A stretch of DNA of 63,457 bases, counting the filler, from Octopus bimaculoides (Eukaryota), in NCBI RefSeq assembly GCF_001194135.2. It is 6 parts of 4 records of this genome, joined end to end, with 100 filler letters (N's around TTAATTAATTAA, not from the genome) between each part and the next. Parts side by side here need not be neighbours in the genome. Positions count along the whole stretch, not along the records: positions 1 to 20,616 come from NC_068988.1; positions 20,717 to 37,541 come from NC_068988.1; 4 more parts are not named here. The stretch is one strand, 5' to 3'. Below, one piece after another: positions 13,196-24,939 of the stretch. The notes under the pieces are model-generated. The model was not told where the DNA came from, did no database searches, and was given only the letters and a program-made list of their open reading frames with translations. A program made the translations under genes and the position numbers. How positions within the stretch are numbered: position 1 is the stretch's first letter; each line of letters starts with the position of its first letter.

Positions 13196-14859
13196 CATAC
13201 ATATATATATTTACTGTATTAAATAACCCATGTTCCACTCGAAGTCGGCAGGTCAATACCAAATAATGTGTGCTTATTTATTGAATATTTAATTTCTGCA
13301 TAATTTATTGTAACTTTGTCAATAACATTATGATCTTAAATATCTTAAAGATGTTTGAGTTCGTAGTGCATAATATAAAGGCTAATTTAATAGACGCAAC
13401 ACACTACTATTCAAATATCTAACTTTCCAATGATATATTTGGAATACATGCATATATTTGGAACTATTATTTTTATAATAGATTTCCTTTGTATCAGAAT
13501 ATTTATAAATATATTAGATTAACCATCAATCAAATTTCACCATTGTTTGCAATTTCTCTTATTGTCGGCCGAACTCACCAGAAAGCAATACCAAACTCTT
13601 TTCATTTCTACTTACGCAATACCAAACCATTTCCATTTCTACATACATTTCCTTGAATTCCTTCAGTTACAACTGTAATTACTTTGAGAACATAATTATT
13701 GCGATATTTAATGTCTTACACTTTTGCTATAGATGAAAAATAAACATATATAAATATTTAGCAGAGTTAACTTTCATAACGAATAAATAAATTTTTGCAA
13801 ATTACATATATAAGTGTACAGTTAAAACGTAGTATCATTTTTCGGTTGTGGGTTCTATACTGCATATATACTGCAAATTCGCTAAGGTGATACATAGATG
13901 TCATACAGTATAACGCGCCACGATAGTAGCGGGAAACTTTACGTAATGGATTGATAATATACTATTTCAAAGAATTGTGCTTTGAAAACCTTCCATATTT
14001 AAAATGAAAATTGAGATATGTTAGAAAAAAATCATTTGCCTTAAAATACGTTCTTCTATGTTTTTCTTTTTCAGTGAATTATGTTTTCTAGCAAATATCT
14101 AAGAAACAGTGACTATCCTCTTGGTAGTTACATCATAGAAACAAAATGACATTTTGAATCCTCACGTGCTCTAAAGAGCAACGTAGTCTCAAGTAAGAAA
14201 TGTTCTCTAAATTTTTAATGAGGTCTTGCACACTTCCGCCAGGCTATCGCTACTACATGGAGGGTAGGGTTTTAGTTTTGGTCATACATAGTAACACTAT
14301 CTTAGACGAAACATCAAGGAGGGTGATATATACTGCAATATTTATACCTTTCTGAAACAACATACCTACGCTGTCTAACGATTGCAATCAACGAGGAGCT
14401 ACGTTGGAACACTAATGTATCGGATATCCTGGCCCTGTTAACAACCACCATGCATAAGTGCATTGGTCTGTGTCCATTGGGCAGGTGGCTTTAATTTCAA
14501 TACCTACAAAACCACGTTAATTCACGTTGTCTATTCTGAGTGAGGTTATGATAAATGGAAGAAGTGATGTGAGGGGGAAGACTCATATTATTCTTGAGAA
14601 ATACATGGTGGTCTGTTCTTTCGGTTAGATGTAACAGTTTTACGTGAAAATTTTATAAATTGCACTGTTTTTTGTCCCATGAAACTTTTCCATTCCTTTA
14701 AGTGGGATTTTATTTCTTGGTTTATAGTCTTTGATTTTAATGAATGTGTGCAGTTGTACGTACTTGATCCATTAATTCTTTATTGTTTGAGATTAGGGAT
14801 ATATGATTTACAGTGTTTCATGCAAGTTTATTTTACTGTGTGGTTTAGGTATATATTGT

Positions 14860-17600
14860 GGTTTGTTTTGTTTCTACTGGGAGTTGCAGATTGGAGAATG
14901 TCTTTGATGGTGATGATAGTGATGACGCTGATGGTGGTGTTGTTGGTGATTTGTTTTACGTCTACTGTCAAAGCTTTCAGGTCTTTGTTAGGGCAGATTT
15001 ATTTTGTTGTGTCAATCTTTGTCTTCATTTTTATGGGGACGGTTTTAATCATCATTTCCTTCATTGCAGAACATTGCAAAAAATAACTTCAGAAATTGTC
15101 TGAGGGGATGAGTCCAGCAACATATTATATAACATTGGGCCCAGGAAATTGGTTCCCTGATGTTTGTGATGTCAGCCCTTTTATTCGTGTTACTGTTGTT
15201 GTTGTTGTTATCATTATGCTTACTGTTGCATTCACTTATGATTTCGAGGATGCTAATTCTGATTTTAGTTTCGTGATTATAATTTTTACTGTTGTTGCTG
15301 CTGTTGTGGTGACATACATTGGATGCTACTTTTAGTTGATGTATTCTTTAAACGAATGGTGCTGCTAGAAGTGACTGTTTTCCATTGCTCCTTCTTTTCT
15401 GAAGAACGTAAGATATTAGATGATTCCTGTCATCGTTTAAATTGCTACTTAACATTTTGCCCTTAAACGCTAGGAGGAGTTGGGAGCAAATTAGCAGATT
15501 AATTTTGCCTGGAATATTTTACGCAATTTCTTGATCTGTTTGAATTAATCTAACCATTTTTTTAATTCCGAATGGTTTCTTGAATATTGAGTCAAATGAC
15601 CGCTACTGCACATTCGATAACTAACTCCAGTGGACCATAAACAACCTTATTTTTACCAATATCTTACCGAGGACGAGCAGTATGAGAACCGGCTCATCAT
15701 ATCTTAGAAGTTTTACAGAAAGCTTCACAGTCTCTTCTTCGGTCGAAAATCATTTTATCTGCATTATGAAACTTTCTTGTTTGAGTGAACTATGACTTAG
15801 GACACAAAATTTGCTGAGGGTAATTTTCAGTATGGGTTTCTGCTACAAGAATCACATCTCCTGACTTCTGTATAATACAGTTCTTGCTTTGTAGGGATTC
15901 AACTACAACTTCTGCAAAATAGGCTTTGGCTGACGCACATTTTCTCCGCCATGGAGTTCTGAGGACTCGGCATAGGTTCTGACAATTAGAATGAAGCGAT
16001 TGTTTTAACGCGTCAAGATTTTGCTCTGTAACCCTATCAAACAATAACCACCACTATATTTGCTGCTGTTGCTTTTTCCTTTTTTTTACGTCATCATGGT
16101 TTAACACAGCTTAGATTTAGTCCCACAGGTGTATTAGTCTATGACTTCCTTTCTACATCGTTCAGAACAAAAGTTTGGTCAGTTTTTTAGCACTGCATGG
16201 TCACGAAATCCCCGTCCATATTTCGTTCTTCCAAGTTTAAAGCACATGATTTGGGGCAAGCGGTACGATGCAACAACATTGACTCATCTGCAATTTCCCC
16301 TATGTGGATAACATTGCAAAATGTGATAGAAGTACAAAAAAGGAAATAGGATTCCACGCATCATTTTAAATTGCCATTTAACTGCACGAAAATCATAAAA
16401 CCTCAGACAATTTACTTTTTCTTTAATTTCTTGCAATTGCCCTTTAATGTTTCATACGCAGTCTAACCTCGTTGCTTCTGATTGACAAATTACGCTAATA
16501 AATCTGCTGTATGTTTGATGGCATTACATATATTGTGTCGGATAATGTAATATTTTCTCTTATTTTAACATGTATAATTTTCTACATTGGGATCGATATA
16601 AGTGCGTTGTATTTTTCATTTACACCTTCTCCTGTATATTTTCTGTATCGTATCTAGTTACCTTCACTATTAATTTGCTGAAATGTTTGTTCCGTTGCTT
16701 TAAAAATGAAAATAAAACTAAAATTCCCCGGAGGCAGAAATATAAATATAGAAGCTAAACCTTTACCTCTTTGTAATTATCTCGTGGTTTTATACCAGAT
16801 GTATACCAAAAAGCAAAATAAATATATTCCGATAAAATTGCAGACTATAATTTACCAAATCTCGAAAATACGCTAGATCGTAGCAAATTGTTGCAACAAA
16901 AACAAAACAGCAGCAATAAAATTAGACAGATACGAATTGAAAAGAGTAGGCGCAAAAACGGAGAAACAAGTAAGGAAGATGCATCTGGCTATGGTTGGAT
17001 GTAAGTTCCTTATTTTAATGAGAAAATAAACGAATGCATCGATATGTGCCTATGCATTGTACCAATGGTTGGTTCAAAGTAGAAAGTAATTTATTTTTGT
17101 GCATAAGGCGAAATACCTTTAGTTGAGATGTATCATCCAGCAGCATGTTCAAATAAGCTTTGTAAGGTCTATTCACTGAGCAAACATATCGGTAATTCCA
17201 GCTGAATGATTAGTAGCTGAGAAAACACAAGATTCCAAGAAATAGTCAGAACAGATCGTCTCATAATTGGCAAGGTAATATCTCGTAATTGTAAGCTACA
17301 AAGAGCCAATATGTGAATGACGTGGAGATTCGTAGCAGAAAGAAGCGTAGTCTGACATAATCCATTGATAGCTACTGTATCGTATGGCAATGCGTGTAAT
17401 TGCAAAAAATATTCTCAATATTATAACATCCAGCATACAATATTGGAAAAAAATGTATCTATGACGACAGTATCTGTTCCTGTCGAATTTAAGCGGAATA
17501 TTTGTCATCACTGACAAAAATATTAATATCATTGATATTACCCCTGAATCGTATAATGTGAAATTGCAATTGGAAAAAGAATGGTGGGATAGTGGCAACT
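14860..17600 (-). pseudogene. Candidate decayed Methuselah-like/adhesion (class B) GPCR with long C-terminal tail
   Basis: Ordered fragments across frames: YYLANYETICSDYFLESC (17280-17227, like the Mth ectodomain), AFVYFLIKIRNLH (17037-16999, TM1/ICL1), IAAVLFLLQQF (TM3-like), LLYLYFCLRGILVLFSF (16754-16704, TM4-like), IDPNVENYTC* (ECL2-like) and FKMMRGILFPFLYF (16370-16329, TM7-like). Numerous stops. By-eye match only. Confidence 0.45.
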
Positions 17601-17628
17601 AGAATTCCTCTCACCTAACAGATTATGG

Positions 17629-17685
<57 letters not shown>

Positions 17686-18284
17686 ATCTATGTGTATGCA
17701 TATCTTTTTTCCTAATCTTCTGAAGAGATTTTGTCTAATGTGATGATTTAAAAGTTGCTATTTAATATTTTCGGCTTACTTGAAACAGTTGNNNNNNNNN
17801 NNNNNNNNNNNNNNNNNNNNNNNNNNNNNNNNNNNNNNNNNNNNNNNNNNNNNNNNNNNNNNNNNNNNNNNNNNNNNNNNNNNNNNNNNNNNNNNNNNNN
17901 NNNNNNNNNNNNNNNNNNNNNNNNNNNNNNNNNNNNNNNNNNNNNNNNNNNNNNNNNNNNNNNNNNNNNNNNNNNNNNNNNNNNNNNNNNNNNNNNNNNN
18001 NNNNNNNNNNNNNNNNNNNNNNNNNNNNNNNNNNNNNNNNNNNNNNNNNNNNNNNNNNNNNNNNNNNNNNNNNNNNTATATATATATATATATATATATG
18101 GGGGGTGGGGGGTGTTTGCATATATATACATATATACGCACATATACCCATACATATGTATATACATACACACACATATATACACACACATACATATGCA
18201 TACACGTATATGAACATAAATAGATATATATACGTGCATATATATATGTCTGTGTGTAGTCATATATACATTTGTACATGTGTA

Positions 18285-18530
18285 CGTGTGCAAAAGTTTG
18301 AATGTGGATTCGTCCTTTAATTGGAGTGTTTTCCAAAAATATTTCTAAAGTTGATTCTTTATACTTTGCTGAGTGTTTATGGTGTAGATTGGCGTAGATA
18401 TGAAAATTGGTATTCATATATAAAGTCGATGATTAATCTATAGAATGAAGTTCTACAAATACAAATATATTTTTCAAAAATGGAGGAGACATGATTTTGA
18501 AAAAATTGTAAGAAGATTAGTCATGCATAC
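18285..18530. repeat. Unclassified interspersed repeat (copy 1; related to 49640-49970)
   Basis: Shares gtcctttaatt..gg..tttcca.aaa.atttctaa.gttgattctt.ata.tttgctg and aaaaatggag.agaca with the 49.6-kb copy. Confidence 0.7.
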
Positions 18531-19330
18531 AATCGTTTCGTGCATATATATAAATTCATTTTATAATTTGAAAATATCTACGTACGCTTCAGTGCAGAAA
18601 AAATAATAGGAATTATAAAAAGAGCAGAGAAGTTGAATCTATGAGTTTCATGTTTATGTGTTCCTATCCATATATATGTATACATATATATATNNNNNNN
18701 NNNNNNNNNNNNNNNNNNNNNNNNNNNNNNNNNNNNNNNNNNNNNNNNNNNNNNNNNNNNNNNNNNNNNNNNNNNNNNNNNNNNNNNNNNNNNNNNNNNN
18801 NNNNNNNNNNNNNNNNNNNNNNNNNNNNNNNNNNNNNNNNNNNNNNNNNNNNNNNNNNNNNNNNNNNNNNNNNNNNNNNNNNNNNNNNNNNNNNNNNNNN
18901 NNNNNNNNNNNNNNNNNNNNNNNNNNNNNNNNNNNNNNNNNNNNNNNNNNNNNNNNNNNNNNNNNNNNNNNNNNNNNNNNNNNNNNNNNNNNNNNNNNNN
19001 NNNNNNNNNNNNNNNNNNNNNNNNNNNNNNNNNNNNNNNNNNNNNNNNNNNNNNNNNNNNNNNNNNNNNNNNNNNNNNNNNNNNNNNNNNNNNNNNNNNN
19101 NNNNNNNNNNNNNNNNNNNNNNNNNNNNNNNNNNNNNNNNNNNNNNNNNNNNNNNNNNNNNNNNNNNNNNNNNNNNNNNNNNNNNNNNNNNNNNNNNNNN
19201 NNNNNNNNNNNNNNNNNNNNNNNNNNNNNNNNNNNNNNNNNNNNNNNNNNNNNNNNNNNNNNNNNNNNNNNNNNNNTATACATGACATGTGTATGGGTTT
19301 ATTTGTACATGTATACTTACTTGTATCTAG

Positions 19331-19371
<41 letters not shown>

Positions 19372-19449
19372 GTATCTATATGCTCTTTGTGTATGTATGC
19401 TTCTATATACATATATGATTGTACATACATATACTCTAATCTATATATG

Positions 19450-20230
19450 ATAAGCATTTTTTCTATGGTTTTGTAACTTTTTTCTGTACCCCTACATTAC
19501 TTCTTATTTATCACCCATACACTACTATTTTTCAATTCACAAATTAGTTTACTTAGACTAGAACTTTTAAACCTATCTCCATTCCTAAAGGTGTATTCAT
19601 GCTTTGCATTCCGTGTTTTAATAAAGTTTTCCGTAGACCCTATGAAAAGAAAAAAAACTTTTGTCCCGAATCTACCCTATATCCATATACAATATTCTTC
19701 TGTAAACAAAAATATTAAATGAACATTTATCCTTATATATACAATCACAGTTTCTAGCTAGATCGTTACCTTTAATACTATTGTTATTTTTTTCTTTTAT
19801 AATAAAAATAGTCCTATATTTTATTATTTAAGGAGTTGATTCTAAACAATTTTTTAGATACTGAAATACCTAATTTAAAATTTTCTTATTATTTATTTTA
19901 TAATATTTATGTTAATTATTAAAGTGCTTAGATATAGATCTGTAACATAGCTTGAGATGATTCGTTTTTATTTGTCGGGCGTAAGGAATGATAAACCAAA
20001 TATAATTATCTTCATTATACTTAACATCATTGGGTGTATTTATGTTGGCATATGCCGTATAATTATTATGATTAGACCTAAGCTTATTTAAATATTTATT
20101 TTTATACAGGGTATATTTACTACCATTGTTCTTATTATTATTAATGCTATTATTAGTCATATCATTACTATTTACAAATAAATTAGATATTTTTCTATTA
20201 TTATATTCACCCACTTCGTTGTCAATCAGA
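19450..20230 (-). mobile_element. Penelope-like retroelement 3' remnant (post-RT region + GIY-YIG endonuclease)
   Basis: YIWFIIPYARQIKTNHLKLCYRSISKHF resembles the PLE IIWFNPPF..NVKTN..K..L.LIDKHF segment. It is followed by KNIVY..FIGSTENFIKTRNAKHEYTF..SSLSKLICELK, a GIY-YIG pattern. Confidence 0.75.
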
Positions 20231-20299
20231 AATTTTCGTTAGGTTTCTACTCAAATCTACTACGGAATTATCCGTCCAAAAAATAATAAATATAGAAGA

Positions 20300-20390
20300 C
20301 TAGCAGAAATACCCGGCGTTGCCCGGGTTAAAGAGAATAAGGAAATCTAAAAACGCCGTCTAGACTACGCATCATCTTTATATATAGAGA
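20300..20390 (-). mobile_element. Miniature non-autonomous Helitron
   Basis: The minus strand reads tctctatatataaag...acccgggcaacgccgggt (hairpin, 20311-20328)...CTAG|T, matching Helitron 5' TC, subterminal hairpin and 3' CTAG. Confidence 0.7.
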
Positions 20391-20660
20391 AGTATATACA
20401 CACACGCACCCAAACACACGTATATATATGTATATCAATATAAATATATGAAAGTCAATGAAGTTTCGTAAAAGAACGTGATCATGTACATACATTCTTG
20501 CTGTTGTGATTATAACACCTCATTGTAAACTATGTTCCTTGTTTTCCCTTGTGGAGCATATACAAATAGGTTTTTTTGTTGCTGCCCACTCTTGAGCAGC
20601 CAACATACATGTGAGANNNNNNNNNNNNNNNNNNNNNNNNNNNNNNNNNNNNNNNNNNNN

Positions 20661-20672
20661 TTAATTAATTAA
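20661..20672. other. Artificial scaffold-join linker
   Basis: 44 N + TTAATTAATTAA (stops in all six frames) + 44 N. Confidence 0.95.
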
Positions 20673-20729
20673 NNNNNNNNNNNNNNNNNNNNNNNNNNNN
20701 NNNNNNNNNNNNNNNNTATATATATATAT

Positions 20730-20922
20730 TCTTTTATTTGTTTCAGTTATTTGACTGCAGCCATGTTGGAACACCGCCTTTAGTCGAACAAATCGACACC
20801 AGGACTTATTCTTTGTAAGCCTAGTACTTATTCTGTAGGTCTCTTTGCCGAACCGCTAGGTTACAGGGACGTAAACACACCAACATCGGTTGTCAAGAGG
20901 TGGGGGGACAAACACAGACACA
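20730..20922 (-). mobile_element. SINE family A, 3' half
   Basis: tttcagttatttgactgcagccatg..gtcgaacaaatcgac..cttattctttgtaagcctagtacttattct..gccgaaccgct; the same block recurs many times in the window. Confidence 0.9.
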
Positions 20923-22479
20923 TAAACACACACGCACACACATATGTATGCACGTACGTATTATGTATATAAGTATGCCTACAAGCATACGTGTATGCTT
21001 ATATTCTTTATAAGAGACGGAAACAGTATTGGTTCAGATAAACGTGCTGTATATATTACATAACGTGGATATTTTACAGAAACTCATAGACTTCAGTATT
21101 CATCTTGAGAAAGTTTCTTGTATAGAATTACAGAGTAAAAATGAGATATCAGGAGCAGGCGAAAATTGTCCTGAAGTGGTTGTGAAATTTCTAAATTCGT
21201 ATTTCTGTGTCCTTGCACGCCATCGGTATCTACGATCAACCACAATCTTAGACAGATGTATCATCTACGGATATAGGAAACCAATTGTTAATAAATCCCT
21301 AATGTCAAGAATAGGGTAGAGTGAGAGTCTAGGAAAATTTCGTTATTAACGGTGGAAGCAGTAATGGAGTAGAATAGCATTCTGTGTATCTTGCTTAACG
21401 TGGGTATACAGTAAGAAAACCACAAAATTGCAGTATACATCGTGAGAGAGTTTCTAGTATAGGGATAGAGTTTTCTAATGCTCAGAAGTGTATCAGTATC
21501 AGTCTCTGAACGAAACACACGCAACACATTCTGTCATTCACATTTGCGTGTAAGTGTATGTATGTTTGTGTTCGTGCATATGTGTGTGTGTGTGTGTGTC
21601 TGTATGTGTATTTGCCATCGTATTTTATAAGCCATTCTCTGAATCCATAAACGCCTGGACTACATGAAGACATAGAATTACGTACATAACCATTTAATTA
21701 ATTAATTAAATATAATTTCATATAAAGAATTATTTCTTAAGAGATTTAAATGTGATAGATTGTAATTAATTATTGTAACAACCTGATTAAAATTCAGTTA
21801 TAACGTAATATGTTTTGTCAGAGATAAACTCAACCAGACTTCATAATCTAACTATTAAGTCAGCTATGCTAACAATCTATATAAGAATTTCATTTACAAC
21901 AAATTTGGTAATTTTTTTGTTATTCAAAAGATGGATACTTAAATAATTTAGTCATATATTCAGGATTATTTCCTTTCGGTGTAATTATGATAGCATGTTT
22001 CTCATATATGTTAATTTAGATTCATAATATCTATATATGTATGGTGGAATAGATGGATTACTGGATAGATATATGTATGTATATCTGTTTGTATTTATGC
22101 GTGTAATTATGTATAGTTTGATATTTACATTCTTTAAATATGTATGTAATTTTGTATATTAATTGTGCTTATATATGTGTGTGTGTCTGCGTGTGTGTGT
22201 GTATGTATATGCATGTATGTATGTTTGTATGTATAACATAATTACGACGGAAGACGGGCTATAACTAGAAGCATTTATTAGCGTAACAATCGCTTCAGCT
22301 TCATTCTACACTGCTACCTAGTGGGCACGGAACAGTGTAATGAAACTAGATGCAATGCACAGTGCGAACGAGCCTCATCAAGTGACATAACATGGTTCAA
22401 AGTCACTTCTTAACCACAACTATAAACACCCCTACCTCTATTTATATTAAATAGTTTGTGTTTTCGTTTTCATTTTTTT

Positions 22480-22730
22480 ATTTTCGTCTTGACCACATCT
22501 TCCTCACTTAAGCAAATGTGTCTGAACTGCCACCACCATTAACATAGAACTTGAAGCGAAACTGAAATGTAAATCTCGTAACATTTGAACCATGTTATGT
22601 CACCTGATGAAGCTCTTTTGCACTATGTCATTACACCGTCCAACGCCCACTAGAGAGCAGTGCAGTATGAAACCGAAACGATTGTTCTGCTAAAAAAATA
22701 CTTCTAGTTGCACTCAGTCCGTCGTATAAA
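22480..22730 (+). mobile_element. Penelope-type terminal repeat (pLTR)-like fragment
   Basis: cacCTGATGAagctc...cGAAACga arrangement typical of PLE ends. Confidence 0.45.
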
Positions 22731-23031
22731 TTATTTATAATATACCCTACGTGAACTTCGGAATTCCGGACGGAGGTCCAAATACGACCGCACAGTTTCG
22801 TTGATTATACCTGGTAGCCATAAATGATGAACGTGCTCTACAGGCACACTAGCTTACCTTAAAACAAGGAAGGATTGGATACTGCATGTAATGTCTCCTT
22901 TCTAAACCTTGATTATTTAATGTTAAAATTACCTGGTGATGGTGGTGGTGGTGGTGGTGGTGGTGGTTATGGTGGTGGTGGTAGGAGCTGCTGTGGTAAT
23001 AGAACTTTAAGATATGATTAGTTTGACTTAA

Positions 23032-23860
23032 CTAGTATTTCCCTACTATCGTTATCATGAGCATCTTTAGTATTGTTCTTGTTGTTAGTGGTAGTGGTCG
23101 TAGTGGTAGAAATAGTAACTCGNNNNNNNNNNTATCGTTATCATGAGCATCTTTAGTATTGTTCTTGTTGTTAGTGGTAGTGGTCGTAGTGGTAGAAATA
23201 GTAACTCGAAGTATTAGTATTATTGTTCATTTAGCTTGGGTTGGAATTTATTAATAATGTTCTTTTCTCTGATTTTTCTCTCAATTTCACTTTGACTGTG
23301 TAGATTGCAGAATGGGAATATAAACATTTTCCGACCACTTGCTGCTAGTTGTCCGTCAGATACTCAAAATATCTGACGGACATCTGGGTCCCTAATTTGC
23401 TGTCGGTGCACGCATGAATGTTCTGATAGTGCATTTCCAGTCTGACCCACATATAGTTCTTCGCAATTAGGGCACCTGATGCAGTAAATCAAGTTTCTGC
23501 TTTTGCAGCTCATATTTGCGTTTGTGAATATTTTTCCGGTTTTTGTGTTTATATATTGGCCGGTATGTATGAACTGGCATGTGCCACATCGGCTATCATT
23601 ACATTTAGAGACAATGAATGATTTCTCTTTGTTGCTAAGTTCAAACTTTGTCTTTGTTAATAATTTTTTCAAGTTTTTAGGCAGTCTATTACTAAGAACC
23701 ATAGCTCGATCTGTGATTAAATCTTTTAATTCATTAGTTTAAGCAATGATTGGTAGGACTGTTTTGGCAATGTTAAAGATATTCTAGTGACATGGGTTGT
23801 GTGTCACTATAAATAGTATGACTTGTTTCTGTTTTCCTGTTCTTTGGGTTGTCCTCGGTT
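23032..23860 (-). mobile_element. Penelope-like element, GIY-YIG end (left arm plus unique upstream part)
   Basis: ORF 23364-23702: NRLPKNLKKLLTKTKF..KCNDSRCGTC..NMSCKSRNLIYCIRCPNCEELYVGQTGNAL..HRQQI. Confidence 0.92.
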
Positions 23861-23871
23861 GTGGTATTGGT

Positions 23872-24309
23872 ATATTTGCACAAAAACCGAAAAAGTATTC
23901 ACCACCGCAAATATGAACTGCAAAAGTAGAAATTTAATATACTGCATCAAATGCCCTAATTGTAAAGAACGACATGTAGAGCAGACTGGAAATGCACTAT
24001 CAGAATGTTCATGTGTGCACCGACAGCAAATTAGAGATCCAGATGTCCGTCAGATACTTTTGAGTAATCATCTAGCAACATGTGGTAGGAAAATATTTAT
24101 ATGTCCATTCTACACCCTATACAGCCCAAGTGAAACTGAGAGAAAAAATCACAAAGAACTTTATTAATAAATTGCAACCCAAGCTAAATAAACAATAACA
24201 CTAATACTTAGAGCTATTATTTCTACCACTACGACCACTACCACTAACAACGAGAACAATACTAAAGGTGCCCATGATGACAACAGCAGGGAAATACTAG
24301 CTTAGTCAA
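23872..24309 (+). mobile_element. Inverted copy of the same Penelope GIY-YIG end (right arm)
   Basis: ORF segment NMNCKSRNLIYCIKCPNCKERHVEQTGNAL..HRQQIRDP. It is the reverse complement of 23032-23555, including the 3' non-coding tail. Confidence 0.92.
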
Positions 24310-24939
24310 GAGAAAAAGTCGGTAAAACTAATCTTAGTTTCGGGTTTAAATTCTAATACTACAGCTACCCCTACCTACACCACCAACACAACCAGCGCCA
24401 CCACCACCGCCGCCACCACCGCCGNNNNNNNNNNNNNNNNNNNNNNNNNNNNNNNNNNNNNNNNNNNNNNNNNNNNNNNNNNNNNNNNNNNNNNNNNNNN
24501 NNNNNNNNNNNNNNNNNNNNNNNNNNNNNNNNNNNNNNNNNNNNNNNCACCACCACCACCATTAACAACAACAACAACAACAACAACAACAATAACTATA
24601 ACAACGAAAACGACAACTACAGTAATAAAGGAGAAGATAATGGTGACGATAATAATTGAAATGTAAAACTCCCTGGGAAAAGTAGTTTACAAAATTTCTA
24701 AATATAACCCAACAATTACTGCTTTGGCCAGGGTTAAATTGCAGGTCTCTTGCCATGTTCAACAAACCGTGGCGCCTAAACGAAACACCAATCAACTTAA
24801 GTAATTTAGCAAAGCTACATCCATACATCCATATATGCATACATGCATTCATACATACATAATACCTACATACATACATACGTCAATGCATACATGCATG
24901 CATGCACACATAGACGCATGCATACATAAATCCATCTTT

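Noticed and set aside
14679-15335. Hydrophobic plus-strand ORFs resembling membrane proteins
   Set aside because: They are the antisense of Asn/Gln/His-rich (AAC/CAC/CAA) sequence, which yields Val/Leu-rich ORFs automatically.
17169-17598. Class A GPCR reading (TM1-TM4) of the listed minus-strand ORFs
   Set aside because: N1.50-D2.50 and C3.25-R3.50 spacings are off and there is no DRY motif; the class B/Mth reading fits more landmarks in order.
19450-20260. Possible NUMT (Leu-rich, T-biased plus strand resembling ATP6/ND4)
   Set aside because: The opposite strand gives clear Penelope post-RT and GIY-YIG motifs, and no convincing mitochondrial protein motif run was found.
21010-21530. Hydrophobic coding-like stretch on the minus strand
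   Set aside because: No recognisable family motif or consistent splice sites.
23046-23208. 77-bp direct repeat flanking a 10-N gap (similar case at ~27740-27830)
   Set aside because: Typical unmerged contig overlap, so an assembly artefact.
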